The notes: generated by a model from the letters alone, not told the origin. 55,863 bases of DNA from a virus (IMGVR_UViG_3300048850_000049:1-55863), one strand, 5' to 3'; positions 14,584-24,450 are shown, numbered from the stretch's first letter. Made by a program: numbers and translations.

Positions 14584-14767
14584 AGGAAAGAGCTTCCTTG
14601 GTGTCGTCTTCGCCTGCCAGAATCTGCAGGCGCGAGGTCAGGGAGCGATTGCGGCGCCGAAGCTCCTCGTTTTCCTCCTCAAGCTTCCGGATCTGCCCGT
14701 GCAGGTAGTCCGCGGAGAGAACCGAATGACCGCGTTCGTTGAAGAAGTGGACAGGATTGACGTTCAT
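14579..14767 (-). CDS. Small coiled-coil protein (MNVNPVHFF...)
   Basis: Start 1 nt after the helicase stop; IRKLEEENEELRRRN. Confidence 0.6.
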   Translation of the reverse strand: MNVNPVHFFNERGHSVLSADYLHGQIRKLEEENEELRRRNRSLTSRLQILAGEDDTKEALSS

Positions 14768-14768
14768 G

Positions 14769-16343
14769 TCAGGCGGCCTTGCGTTCGAACAGATCCCAGG
14801 GGAAGTTCTGGTTGGCGGGTAGAATACCCTCGGCAAAGCCCGGCGTCTGCCGGATGATGCCTTCGCGCTTACGAGCATGTTCGCGCAGGGTATTGTTCAG
14901 GTTGATCGAATAGTCGGCGATGAACGTGACATTCGGACCCTTCTTCTTATAGCGCAAACCCCGGCCGATGCGCTGACGAAGTTCGACCTCGGCCTTCATT
15001 CCTCCACCCAGCTGCACCAGGCCGATCGCCGGGCAATCGACACCGACATCGAGGATCTTGGTGCCAATCACGAAGTCGATCTCGCCGGCTGCCAGCTGAC
15101 GCAGCATCTCCTTGCGTTCGTCCTGGTCGTTCTCGCCGCGCAGGAAGACGCCCTTCAGACCGTGCTTGCGATAAAGCTCAAGGATCTTGTCGCCATGTGC
15201 CGTGCGCGAGACCAGGGTGAGCACGGGCAGGCCGTAACGCTTTGCCATCAGGGCATCTTCGAGCATCCGGCCGTGCAGCGTGTCACCGTTCACATAGCCC
15301 AGCGTATAGGCACGCTCGAAAGGGGAGGACTTGTGCAAGCCCTTCGGCGCCTCGCAGTCCCTGAACGAGAAGTAAGGCTTCGCAAGAATTCCGCGCTCGA
15401 TGAGGAGAGATTCCGGAATATCGATCAGCACAGGACCAAACGCTGCCATCAGACGCATATTGTCTGCAGCCGAGTCCTTCATGAAAGGCGTAGCGGTGAG
15501 GGCGACCCGGATCGTCGCATTCTTGCAGTGACGCAGGATCTCGTAATAGGAGGTGCCGCCCGCTTCATGGGCTTCTTCACCGATCACGACCTCGATGAGC
15601 GATAGAAACTTGATGATTGCATCACGGCGCTTGGTCTTGGCGTCGAAACGAGCCTGGGCGAGCTTTAGAATGTCCTCGCGCTTCATGTCGGCATCCTTCT
15701 TCTTGGAAAGATGCTGCGACTTCACCACGGCCCGGATCTCAACGTCGATCTTCGGCTCTTCCAGGGACTGCACCAGAGTCTGAACCATGCCGAGGTTGAC
15801 GCCGCGCACGAAGCGCAGTTCTCCGTCGCCGATCTGACCGGTGTTCAGGCCGATTTCCTTCAGCTGGTCGTCCATCTGATAGAGGAGAATCCCGCGCGTC
15901 GTCAGGAACAGCGTCATGCGCCGGTAGCGCGCCATGATCAGCTTTGCGATCTTCGACTTTCCGCCGCCCGTGGCAACGCGGATGATGCCAGCGCCATACT
16001 TCTCGACCTGGCGAAGCGCCTTCATCTGGTAGTCGTAGTTCGGATTGTCATTGCCGAACTCGTCAACGATCGGGTTTTCAGGACCAAGCGGCTCGGCGTG
16101 CGGCCGGGCAACCTCATAGACCGTGTGTCCGATGCGCTCCATCTCCGACTTCACCAGGTAGGCAAAGCCGGCGGGAAAGGTCTGCTTGTTGACGTTGAAG
16201 AAGGATGAGGTGCCGGACCAGTTACCGATCCCGTTCGACTCGACCTTGTAGGAGAGGAGATTGTTGACGAATGCGCTGACTTCCTTGGTCGGCTCTCGCA
16301 GCTGGGCAACAACTGCGTTGCGGGCGATCGTGGCGACGGCCAT
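14769..16343 (-). CDS. Superfamily 2 helicase (UvsW/T5 D10-like)
   Basis: ATGGGKS, GEEAH, TATP, DVGVD, QRIGRGLR. Confidence 0.9.
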   Translation of the reverse strand: MAVATIARNAVVAQLREPTKEVSAFVNNLLSYKVESNGIGNWSGTSSFFNVNKQTFPAGFAYLVKSEMERIGHTVYEVARPHAEPLGPENPIVDEFGNDNPNYDYQMKALRQVEKYGAGIIRVATGGGKSKIAKLIMARYRRMTLFLTTRGILLYQMDDQLKEIGLNTGQIGDGELRFVRGVNLGMVQTLVQSLEEPKIDVEIRAVVKSQHLSKKKDADMKREDILKLAQARFDAKTKRRDAIIKFLSLIEVVIGEEAHEAGGTSYYEILRHCKNATIRVALTATPFMKDSAADNMRLMAAFGPVLIDIPESLLIERGILAKPYFSFRDCEAPKGLHKSSPFERAYTLGYVNGDTLHGRMLEDALMAKRYGLPVLTLVSRTAHGDKILELYRKHGLKGVFLRGENDQDERKEMLRQLAAGEIDFVIGTKILDVGVDCPAIGLVQLGGGMKAEVELRQRIGRGLRYKKKGPNVTFIADYSINLNNTLREHARKREGIIRQTPGFAEGILPANQNFPWDLFERKAA

Positions 16344-16388
16344 TTAATTTCCTTCAAACTTGCCTATTGCGTTCTTCGGTGGTTATAG

Positions 16389-16406
16389 TAAGTAATCACT
16401 TACTTA
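16389..16406. promoter_or_regulatory. 18-bp operator in the divergent helicase/ParB promoter region
   Basis: TAAGTAA-tcac-TTACTTA. Confidence 0.85.
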
Positions 16407-16412
16407 TTCGGA

Positions 16413-17171
16413 ATGGACCTTATGCGCAAGATTGAATATCTGAATGTGCCCGTCTCGGCTCTTCGGAAGAACCCCTGGAACACCAATCGGGTCAGCCCTG
16501 ACAACGAGCTTAAGATCCGGAAATCGCTTGAACGGAACGGCATGTTCAAGCCGATTGTCGTTCGCGAAACTCCGGTCGTCGGTGTCTATGAAATCTTGGG
16601 CGGGGAGCACCGCTGGGAGCAGGCGATCGAGCTTGGCGAGTCTGAGGTTCCTGTCGCGAACCTTGGCGTCATCTCTGACAAGCAGGCGAAAGAGATCGGA
16701 CTTATCGACAATGCGCGCTATGGCGCTGACGATACGCTTGGGTTGGCTGAGATCCTGAAGGAAATTGGTGACGTTCCGGAATTGCAAGGTTTTCTCCCTT
16801 ATGGGCAGGCTGACATTGACGCGATTTTCTCAGCTTCAGTTATAGCGCTCGACGACTTGGAGATTGACGAGAACTTCGAAAAGTCTGCCGATACGGAGGA
16901 GGACAGCGCGCCTTTGCCGAAGGTTCCGAAGACGCACGCCGTCATGCGCTTCAAGATCCCGCTCGGAGACGCTGAACGCCTGACTGCGGCGATCGCAAAG
17001 ACCCAGAAGGACCACGGCTATACGACCGAGGATGATCTGACGAACGCAGGTGATGCCCTGGTTCACCTTCTCGGCGACCACCTGACGCGTCCGGCCGCAG
17101 CGAGCGGCTATAAGGACGACAACCTCGAGGCAATCCTCGACGATGCCCTCAAGAACCCGGAAGCCCTGTAA
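16413..17171 (+). CDS. ParB/Srx N-terminal domain protein 1 (packaging or modification associated)
   Basis: LRKNPWNTN...PIVV...YEILGGEHRWEQA. Confidence 0.85.
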   Translation: MDLMRKIEYLNVPVSALRKNPWNTNRVSPDNELKIRKSLERNGMFKPIVVRETPVVGVYEILGGEHRWEQAIELGESEVPVANLGVISDKQAKEIGLIDNARYGADDTLGLAEILKEIGDVPELQGFLPYGQADIDAIFSASVIALDDLEIDENFEKSADTEEDSAPLPKVPKTHAVMRFKIPLGDAERLTAAIAKTQKDHGYTTEDDLTNAGDALVHLLGDHLTRPAAASGYKDDNLEAILDDALKNPEAL

Positions 17172-17172
17172 A

Positions 17173-17838
17173 ATGAGCGAAGTCACTCACGCCGTAGAAA
17201 TTGTCGAACTCAGCTGGCTGAAGCCTTACGAGGCCAATGCCAAGAAGCACCCGCCGGAGCAGGTCACGACGATTGCCAATTCTATCAAGAAGTTTGGCTG
17301 GACCTCGGTCATCATCGTCTGGAAGGATGGAACTGTCATTGCAGGTCATGGCCGGCGCCTTGCCGCTATCGAACTCGGCCTGAAGAAGATCCCGGTCATT
17401 GTAAGGCGTGACCTTACAAAGGCTCAGGCAGACGCTCTGCGCCTGGCTGACAACCGTGTGGCCGGGACTGAATACGACCAGGCCGCGATCCAGATGGAAC
17501 TGCAGCGCCTCTCGGAGGAGCTTGACGGCTCATTTGAACTCAGTGATCTCGGCTTTACCGTCAAGGAACTCGACTTCTCGCTCTCGGAGCTCGGTGAGAT
17601 CGACGAGGACTTCTTTGTCGACAACATTTCCGAAGCCGTCGAAGACCAGAAGAGCGACAACGAACGCAAGGTCGAAACGACCGATGACACGGCCGCTCCC
17701 GTCGGCGACGCCCTCGGCTTCAAGCGCGTGACCATCGAGCAGAGCCGCAAGCTCAAGGGTCTCATGTCCAACATCGAAGCAAAGACTGGTCGCAAGGGTG
17801 TAGAAGCCCTGATTTACGTCCTTTCTGACGCCGCTTAA
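17173..17838 (+). CDS. ParB/Srx N-terminal domain protein 2
   Basis: LKPYEANAKKH...FGWTSVIIV..VIAGHGRRLAA...ALRLADNR. Confidence 0.85.
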   Translation: MSEVTHAVEIVELSWLKPYEANAKKHPPEQVTTIANSIKKFGWTSVIIVWKDGTVIAGHGRRLAAIELGLKKIPVIVRRDLTKAQADALRLADNRVAGTEYDQAAIQMELQRLSEELDGSFELSDLGFTVKELDFSLSELGEIDEDFFVDNISEAVEDQKSDNERKVETTDDTAAPVGDALGFKRVTIEQSRKLKGLMSNIEAKTGRKGVEALIYVLSDAA

Positions 17839-17840
17839 CA

Positions 17841-17858
17841 TAAGTAAGAGCTTACTTA
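17841..17858. promoter_or_regulatory. 18-bp palindromic operator
   Basis: TAAGTAA-gagc-TTACTTA. Confidence 0.85.
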
Positions 17859-18263
17859 ATGACCGATAATGTGATCTCCCTCGGCACTCGCCGGCCCTAC
17901 ACCGAAGAACTTCGCGAAAAGCACCAGGCTATCGAGAAGGAAAAGCACGACGAGGATGAAATCACGAAGCTGACCAAGGAGTGTCTGCTCGACAGTCTTG
18001 CCAAGCTGACCAAGCTTGCCGAGTCCGGACGCCTTGAGAGCCTCATCATCGCCGGCCGTGACGGTCACTCCGGGCTCTTTCTCACCGACATGGTGTTTCC
18101 TGGCGAGAGCAAGTTTAACCAGCACGCCTTCTCCTACGTCGGTCTCCTGGAGACCCTAAAGCTCGAGATGGCCGACTGCGCAATGATGTCTCCGGTCCTT
18201 GGCCTCGATGGCAAGGAGATCAATCCGCACATCGAATACGTTGAAGAAGGCGAGATGGACTGA
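17859..18263 (+). CDS. Hypothetical protein
   Basis: Coupled to the ABC ATPase gene. Confidence 0.75.
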   Translation: MTDNVISLGTRRPYTEELREKHQAIEKEKHDEDEITKLTKECLLDSLAKLTKLAESGRLESLIIAGRDGHSGLFLTDMVFPGESKFNQHAFSYVGLLETLKLEMADCAMMSPVLGLDGKEINPHIEYVEEGEMD

Positions 18264-18901
18264 TGGAATATACGATCAACCGCAAGTTCACGACCTCGGT
18301 CGAGCGCACGCCGCGTGTGCTGGAGATTGCCGAAGGCTTTGGCCTCGGTCTGTCCGAGAAGGAATTTGTCGTCTACGACAACCTCAAGATCGACGTGAAC
18401 CAGGGCGATGTCGTCTATATCACCGGTCAGTCAGGATCCGGAAAGTCGCTTCTTTTGAAGGATCTGTCCGCGCAGATGGCAGGGCAGGGGCTCAAGGTCG
18501 CCGATCTCAACAAGGTGGAGCTCGAGGAGCGCCCGGTGATTGAACTCGTCGGCGAGACCATCGGCGAGGCGACCGATCTCCTGGCGAAAGCCGGGATCTC
18601 AGACGCCTGGATCTATATTCGCAAGCCTTCGGAGCTCTCGGACGGCCAGCGCTACCGCCTGAAGCTCGCCTATCTCATGGCCTCTGACGCAGATATTTGG
18701 ATCGCTGACGAATTCGGAGCCGTTCTCGATCGTGTAACGGCCCGTGTGGTTGCCTTCTCCATGCAGAAGGTCGCCCGGCGCCTCGGCAAGACCTTCATGG
18801 TCGCAACCACGCATACCGACCTCAAGGACGAGCTCGGACCCTCTCTCACCATTACCAAGCGCTTCCGCGAAAAGGTGGAAGTTGAAGGAGCTGCATCTTG
18901 A
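18263..18901 (+). CDS. Soluble ABC-type ATPase with no permease partner
   Basis: GQSGSGKS, LSDGQ signature, IADEF, TTH H-loop. Confidence 0.9.
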   Translation: MEYTINRKFTTSVERTPRVLEIAEGFGLGLSEKEFVVYDNLKIDVNQGDVVYITGQSGSGKSLLLKDLSAQMAGQGLKVADLNKVELEERPVIELVGETIGEATDLLAKAGISDAWIYIRKPSELSDGQRYRLKLAYLMASDADIWIADEFGAVLDRVTARVVAFSMQKVARRLGKTFMVATTHTDLKDELGPSLTITKRFREKVEVEGAAS

Positions 18902-19092
18902 GCAACTTAGTAACCACTCGCGATATCGTCATTCCTGCGGGCACTGAAGTCGGTCCCGGTCCCTCGAAGTCCGTATATCATACGCCTCATGGCGAGGTTG
19001 TGATCGCGTTCGACAAGGACACGACCGGTTCGCTGCGCTTTGATCTCGAAGAAGCTGTCCAGCTTGGTCTGGTGAAGTCCAATGCAGGTTAA
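18898..19092 (+). CDS. Small hypothetical protein
   Basis: Overlapping start/stop chain. Confidence 0.65.
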   Translation: MSNLVTTRDIVIPAGTEVGPGPSKSVYHTPHGEVVIAFDKDTTGSLRFDLEEAVQLGLVKSNAG

Positions 19093-19240
19093 CATCACTC
19101 TCCGGGACGCCGTCCAGGAGCGCATCTTCGGTGTGGCGGAATCGAAGATCTCGGGCGAGATTTACGTCGTCCGTGACAACAACAACGTGTTCTACATGTT
19201 CCCGCTTCGCAACGTCATCAAGATCGAGGAACGTCCGTGA
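19082..19240 (+). CDS. Small hypothetical protein (52 aa, MQVNITLRDAVQERIF...)
   Basis: Translated by hand; overlaps neighbours. Confidence 0.55.
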   Translation: MQVNITLRDAVQERIFGVAESKISGEIYVVRDNNNVFYMFPLRNVIKIEERP

Positions 19241-19368
19241 CCGACCTCGTAACCTGGAGTCTTTTCTTGTTCGCGCTGATCTGCTGGGCAGTGCGTGAAG
19301 AACTGCGCGCTCGGAAGCGCTCTAATCGGTCAGGCAAGCGCAAGGGCAGCGATCATGACGTTTCCTGA
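19237..19368 (+). CDS. Small TM peptide (43 aa)
   Basis: GTG start in a GTGA overlap; LVTWSLFLFALICWAV then a basic tail. Confidence 0.45.
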   Translation: MTDLVTWSLFLFALICWAVREELRARKRSNRSGKRKGSDHDVS

Positions 19369-20221
19369 CACCGAGACGCTTATCGAACGCAAAACTGCTC
19401 CCCGAGCTTCTTTCGCGCTCGCGAATGAAATGTTCGTGGAGCGCGGATCCAAGGCTGACTGGGAGCTTCTGCACGATCTGCATTACAAGGCTGAAGGTCT
19501 GCCGATCGGACCTCAGTTCTGGAAGCTGACGCTCGAGGGCCAGACCATCGGCGTGCTCGTCGTCGGGCAGCCGAAGGGCATGTTGAAGGAGCGCCATATC
19601 GTGTTCCCCAATCTCAAGCCTGGGTCCGGCGACACGAGGCTCACGAACACGAACCGCTATCACTACATCAACGGCAATTTCCGTGTGGTCTCGCGCTTCG
19701 TCATCGACACGATGTTCCGCGGCATTGGCGCTGGCTACCGGATGATGAACCTGGTCTCGCGTATGGACGGTCACACGTTCATGGAGATCCAGTCGTCCAT
19801 GTCGAAGTTCAACGCCTTCGGCCAGAAGGCAGGCTTCAAGTTCGTCAAGCCAATGAATGCCAACATGTTCGAGCAGGGCATGAAGTTCTTTCGCCTGAAC
19901 TTCGACGCCACGCCTCAGGACTATGAGGCGATCGTAGCCGAGCTTGAAGGATCCGGGCGCCGGGAGCAGCTGATCGAGGCTTGCAAGCACTTCTATTTCA
20001 AGAACTCCGCTCTCGAGAACACCGGCAAGGCCCGCGACCGGGCAGATGAGCGTGCGGCGGCCATGACGCCGCGTGATCTCATTAAGGGTATTCAGCAGAT
20101 GAGCCTGGCATCGCCGATGTATGGCATCTTCAAGAACCCTGACAAGGGCCGGGAGCTGCCGGAACGATTGCATCTGACTGCATTCGATCGCCAGAAGCCG
20201 ACTGAAAGGATTGTGCTGTGA
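19355..20221 (+). CDS. GNAT-fold protein, Mom-like (candidate DNA base-modifying enzyme)
   Basis: N-terminal LHY motif, TIGVLVVG, SRFVIDTMFRGIGAG acyl-CoA motif. Confidence 0.7.
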   Translation: MTFPDTETLIERKTAPRASFALANEMFVERGSKADWELLHDLHYKAEGLPIGPQFWKLTLEGQTIGVLVVGQPKGMLKERHIVFPNLKPGSGDTRLTNTNRYHYINGNFRVVSRFVIDTMFRGIGAGYRMMNLVSRMDGHTFMEIQSSMSKFNAFGQKAGFKFVKPMNANMFEQGMKFFRLNFDATPQDYEAIVAELEGSGRREQLIEACKHFYFKNSALENTGKARDRADERAAAMTPRDLIKGIQQMSLASPMYGIFKNPDKGRELPERLHLTAFDRQKPTERIVL

Positions 20222-20355
20222 TCAAGCCTAGCGAGTGGGAACCTTCTCCGCTGTTGAAGCGCGTCTTCGGACGTGAGCGCCGCCGTGTGAGCGAGCCCGT
20301 GTTCTTTCTGGGCTTCCACATCACCTCCCGGCGCATCTGGGAGTATCGTTCATGA
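20218..20355 (+). CDS. Small hypothetical protein (45 aa)
   Basis: GTG start and TGA stop overlap both neighbours. Confidence 0.45.
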   Translation: MIKPSEWEPSPLLKRVFGRERRRVSEPVFFLGFHITSRRIWEYRS

Positions 20356-20603
20356 AGCCGCGCCGCACTGAGAAGCAAAAGGAGATCATGGGTCTCATTC
20401 TGCGCGCGGCCGGCAATGGCACGTTCCTGACCACGACCGAGATCCACGAGCAGGTTTCCTACGAGGCAAGCTACGGCGCCATCCGGGTGTCCATTCGCTT
20501 CCTGGTAGGGCAGGGGATGCTGGAGCGGCGATCCGCCGGACAGTTTACTCACCTGGTTCCCACCTTGAAAGGATACGATTGGTTTCGGCCGGCAGCATCC
20601 TGA
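20352..20603 (+). CDS. Winged-helix DNA-binding protein
   Basis: LTTTEIHEQV..SYGAIRVSIRFLVGQGMLER...LVPTLKG. Confidence 0.7.
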   Translation: MKPRRTEKQKEIMGLILRAAGNGTFLTTTEIHEQVSYEASYGAIRVSIRFLVGQGMLERRSAGQFTHLVPTLKGYDWFRPAAS

Positions 20604-20687
20604 ATTCCCGTCCATCTATCGTCTATTTATCTTATCTGTTATAGTAAGTAATTAATTACTTATAATAGACGATGAATGGACGGGAAT
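20604..20687. repeat. 24-bp inverted repeat enclosing an 18-bp operator, upstream of terS
   Basis: 20604-20627 vs 20664-20687 (22/24); TAAGTAA-ttaa-TTACTTA at 20645-20662; TATAAT at 20661. Confidence 0.8.
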
Positions 20688-20753
20688 AACGAAGGTCCGG
20701 CGCATCGTTCGCGTCCGCAGAAATAAGTAATTACTTACATTTGGAAGAAGAGA

Positions 20754-21416
20754 ATGTCTGAAGAAGTCGAGGTGAAGGAAGAAGTAAAGGAAAGCTCCGG
20801 CAATACCGGCCGGCGCCTCACTGATGCTGAATTCGCCGAAGCACGCGAACTCTACGAACTGGGCACTGCTGGGCTAGTTGACCTTGCCAGCCAGTTCGGC
20901 GTTACGCGCCAGGCACTCTCGGCTCGACTGAAGAACGCTGGAGCGATCAAGGGCTCGCGGGCCCACGAGGTAGCTGCTGCGGCAAAGAAGGGCGTCACCG
21001 GTGCTGCATCGGCGTCTGGGGCATCATCCGTCGACAGGTTTGCGGACAGGCGCTCTGAATGGATCGAGGAAACCCGCATCAGCGGCGTTCGCCAGCTCAA
21101 GCTTGCGCGTCAGCTCGCCCAGAAGATCGTCCAGGACAATCTGGCTGCCGGCACTCCGATGGCGGCCACCGACGACGATCTGAAGGCGCTTGGCCGCTTT
21201 AACAAGATCCTTGTCGACAATCTTGAAGCCGCGCTCACCCTCTTGCAGGCCGATACCCACGTTGATGAGAGCGACCTTCCGGTGCTGAGCATCGAGGATC
21301 TGACCAACGAGGAGATCCTGAAGCATCACAAGGGCACCGGCGCGCTTCCCGAAGACGCCACGCTCGAAGACATGCTCGCCGGCGAGGCTGACCCCGAGAT
21401 CGAAATCGATGTCTAA
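20754..21416 (+). CDS. Terminase small subunit
   Basis: N-terminal HTH (ARELYELG..LVDLASQFGVTRQALS); directly upstream of the large subunit. Confidence 0.75.
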   Translation: MSEEVEVKEEVKESSGNTGRRLTDAEFAEARELYELGTAGLVDLASQFGVTRQALSARLKNAGAIKGSRAHEVAAAAKKGVTGAASASGASSVDRFADRRSEWIEETRISGVRQLKLARQLAQKIVQDNLAAGTPMAATDDDLKALGRFNKILVDNLEAALTLLQADTHVDESDLPVLSIEDLTNEEILKHHKGTGALPEDATLEDMLAGEADPEIEIDV

Positions 21417-22680
21417 GGTCGTCACCTCCCTCAAGCTCCACAAGCTGCAGAAGGTCGTCATGAACGACGGCCATCGCTTCCGCGTGGTTGTTGCCGGGCG
21501 CCGGTGGGGCAAGACGCAGGTCTCCAAGATCTCGCTCATCAAGTATGCCGCGATGCGCCAGAAGATGTTGATCTGGTATGTCGCGCCTACCTACGCGATG
21601 GCGCGCGATCTTATGTGGAAGTCGCTCAAGCTTTCCATGCCGCGGGAATGGATTCGTTCGGTCCACGAGACGCGCATGGAGATGCAGCTCATCAATGGCT
21701 CCGAAATCTCGCTGAAGGGCGCAGACAAGCCGGACTCGCTGCGCGGTGTCGGTCTTGATTTCGTTGTTATCGATGAAGCCCAGGATATCCGCGAGGAGAC
21801 CTGGGAAGAAGTTCTGATGCCGACGCTCGCCACGACCAACGGCCGGGCGCTCTTCATCGGCACCCCGAAGTCTTATAACTGGCTGTATCACCGGTTCATG
21901 CTGGGTCAGCGCGGCCCGATGGTGAAGGATCACCGCGGCAAGCTCGTCAAGAATGAATGGATGAGCTGGCAGTTTCCGACCATCTCTTCACCGTTTATTC
22001 CTCGCAAGGAGATTGAGGCGCGTCGCCGTGACATGGATCCTCGCTCATTCCGCCAGGAGTTCGAGGCTTCGTTCGAAACGATGTCCGGTCGCGTCTACTA
22101 TCCGTTCGATCGCACGGAGCATGTGGGCGATTTTCCGTTCAACCCGACGCTGCCGATCTACATCGGGATGGACTTTAACATCGATCCGATGTCTTCGGTC
22201 ATCATCCAGGAGCAGTCGAGCGGCGAGATCTGGGTGGTTGACGAGGCTGTGCTCTACGGATCGAACGTCCAGGAGACGGCGGACGAGCTCTCACGCCGCT
22301 ACTTCCGGCACTTCAACCAGATCTCGATCTATCCGGATCCTGCAGGCAACAACCGCAACCACGACCGCGGCGAGACCTCGCTCGATATCTTGCGGGAAGC
22401 CGGGTTCAACAAGATCTACTTCAAGCGCAAGCATCCGGCCGTCCAGGATCGTGTCAATGCTGTGAACCGTCTTCTGCGCACGGCAGAGGGCGATGTGCGG
22501 CTGCGCGTCAACAGCACCTGCCGCAAGTTCATCGATTCACTGGAGCAGACTATCTACAAGGAAGGCACCAACGAGGTCGACAAGAAGCAGGGTGCCGAGC
22601 ACGCAACCGACGCTTTCGGCTATTATGCAGATTTCCGTCACCCCATGCGCAAGTCGAAGATCCTGGGTGTTTCGATTTAG
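21409..22680 (+). CDS. Terminase large subunit
   Basis: AGRRWGKT, IDEAQD, IGTPK, GMDFN, YPDPAG, HATDAFGY. Confidence 0.95.
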   Translation: MSKVVTSLKLHKLQKVVMNDGHRFRVVVAGRRWGKTQVSKISLIKYAAMRQKMLIWYVAPTYAMARDLMWKSLKLSMPREWIRSVHETRMEMQLINGSEISLKGADKPDSLRGVGLDFVVIDEAQDIREETWEEVLMPTLATTNGRALFIGTPKSYNWLYHRFMLGQRGPMVKDHRGKLVKNEWMSWQFPTISSPFIPRKEIEARRRDMDPRSFRQEFEASFETMSGRVYYPFDRTEHVGDFPFNPTLPIYIGMDFNIDPMSSVIIQEQSSGEIWVVDEAVLYGSNVQETADELSRRYFRHFNQISIYPDPAGNNRNHDRGETSLDILREAGFNKIYFKRKHPAVQDRVNAVNRLLRTAEGDVRLRVNSTCRKFIDSLEQTIYKEGTNEVDKKQGAEHATDAFGYYADFRHPMRKSKILGVSI

Positions 22681-22689
22681 GCTTGATTG

Positions 22690-22707
22690 TAAGTAAGTGA
22701 TTACTTA
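22690..22707. promoter_or_regulatory. 18-bp operator in the portal promoter spacer
   Basis: CTTGAT upstream, TAAGTAA-gtga-TTACTTA, TACAAT overlapping. Confidence 0.85.
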
Positions 22708-22733
22708 CAATACGCCGAAACAGGAAATATCTT

Positions 22734-24353
22734 ATGTCGCAGACTTCGACCGATGAACTGAGGGCTTTCTATGATCGCCGGCATCCCGGCTTCATGGAAG
22801 CGGTCTCGCATTGGCGTTTCCTGGAAGCTGCCCATCGGGGCGGCCGCGAATGGTTTTCGAGCAACATCTTCCGCTATTTCAAGGAAGGCGAAAAAGAGTT
22901 CGGCAACCGCCTCGATCGCGCCTATCGCTTCAATCACACCAAGGAAGTGGTCGAGCTTGTCCAGAAGTATCTCTTTAAGGGTGAGATCACCCGCAACACG
23001 TCTGACGCGCCTGATGTCGTAAACCAGTTCTGGAAGAAGACGACGCGCGGCGGAATGGGAATCGACCAGTTCATGCGCCTGGTCTCGGTAGCCAATTCCG
23101 TGGGCGGCCGGGTTGCGATTGTGGTCGACAACAATTTCCAGGCAGAGGTCGAGGTCGCAAGCGGGGAGGGCGGAGCAACCGTTACCCGACCTGTGTCGAT
23201 CGCCGAAGCCAAGGCACAGAATTACCGGATCTATACCTATACGGTCCCCGTAAAGGACATTCTCGACTTTGCCTTCGATGAAGACGGCGACGGCGAGCTG
23301 TTGTGGATCAAGCTGCGTGAAGTCGTGCGCGATGACCACAATCCTTTCACCTCTACCGGCGACCTGATCGAGCGTATCCGTCTTTGGACGCGCACGGGCT
23401 GGGAGCTCTACCAGGAAGTCGAGACCGGTCAGACCGTCCTTATCGGCGGGGCCAAGGTGCCTGAAAAGAAGGTTGAGCTGGTCGACTTCGGCTATCACAG
23501 TCTTTTGCGTGTGCCTGTGTTTCTCGCCGACCACACGATCGGTGAGGATCCTTATCGCGTCTCGGGACTGATCGATGACATCGCCTATCTCGACCGGGCA
23601 GTGGCAAACTACCTGTCGAACCTTGATGCGATCATCCAGGATCAGACCTTCTCCCAGCTTGCGATCCCGTCCCAGGCGGTCCAGCAGGGGGACGACATGT
23701 TCAACAAGGTGCTCGAAATGGGCACCAAGCGGATCTTCGTCTACGACGCGGGCGCCGGTTCCTCGGCCAAGCCCGAATACCTGTCTCCCGATCCTAAGCA
23801 GGCCGGCGTCATCCTGTCGGTCATCAACAAGATCATCAACGAAATCTACCACACGATCGGTCTCGCCGGCGAACGCACCAAGGAAGACAATGCCGTTGGC
23901 ATCGATAACTCCTCGGGTGTCGCCAAGGCGTATGATTTTGAGCGGGTGAACTCGCTTCTGCTGGCAAAGGCTCAGTCCTGTCAGAACGCGGAAAACTGGA
24001 TGGTTGATATGGTTTTGGCCTGGGCCGGCGAACCGCCTGCCAAGGAGAAGCTGGTCACGTATCCGTCCACCTTCGACATCATGGGTCTGAACGACGAGCT
24101 TGTTACCGCCGAGGCGTTGGCAAAGCTCCAGGCTCCGATCGAGGTGCGGCGCGAGCAGATGCGGTCAACGGTCGACAAGATCTTCCCGCAGTTGAAGGCC
24201 GAACTTCGCAAGAAGCTCGAAGCCGACATCGACAAGTGGCTGGAGGGCACTGACATCCTCCTGCCTCCCACTGGATTTGGCGCGAAATCGCCTGCAGCCC
24301 CGAACCGTCAGGGCGAAGTGACCAAGAATACTACCAAGGCCGCAGCCAAGTAA
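22734..24353 (+). CDS. Portal protein
   Basis: 539 aa after terL; RFNHTKEVV, IAYLDRAVAN, SSGVAKAYDF. Confidence 0.85.
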   Translation: MSQTSTDELRAFYDRRHPGFMEAVSHWRFLEAAHRGGREWFSSNIFRYFKEGEKEFGNRLDRAYRFNHTKEVVELVQKYLFKGEITRNTSDAPDVVNQFWKKTTRGGMGIDQFMRLVSVANSVGGRVAIVVDNNFQAEVEVASGEGGATVTRPVSIAEAKAQNYRIYTYTVPVKDILDFAFDEDGDGELLWIKLREVVRDDHNPFTSTGDLIERIRLWTRTGWELYQEVETGQTVLIGGAKVPEKKVELVDFGYHSLLRVPVFLADHTIGEDPYRVSGLIDDIAYLDRAVANYLSNLDAIIQDQTFSQLAIPSQAVQQGDDMFNKVLEMGTKRIFVYDAGAGSSAKPEYLSPDPKQAGVILSVINKIINEIYHTIGLAGERTKEDNAVGIDNSSGVAKAYDFERVNSLLLAKAQSCQNAENWMVDMVLAWAGEPPAKEKLVTYPSTFDIMGLNDELVTAEALAKLQAPIEVRREQMRSTVDKIFPQLKAELRKKLEADIDKWLEGTDILLPPTGFGAKSPAAPNRQGEVTKNTTKAAAK

Positions 24354-24450
24354 CCGACTGAGCCTGCCATCGATCCGGCTCGAGATACTGAGCCAACCAG
24401 ACTACCGCCTACCCGAAACAGTCCGAGAAAATGGACATAGGAGAACTAGC

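Noticed and set aside
14769-16343. EEAH instead of DEAH as a sign of a dead helicase
   Set aside because: All other SF2 motifs are intact and the catalytic Glu is retained; not enough to call it inactive.
16413-17838. ParB-N proteins as the partition ParB
   Set aside because: parA already has an adjacent RHH partner and repeat arrays; these genes are 3 kb away, on the other strand, in the packaging operon.
18263-18901. ABC ATPase as a transporter subunit
   Set aside because: No permease or binding protein nearby; it is embedded between ParB-N, GNAT and terminase genes.
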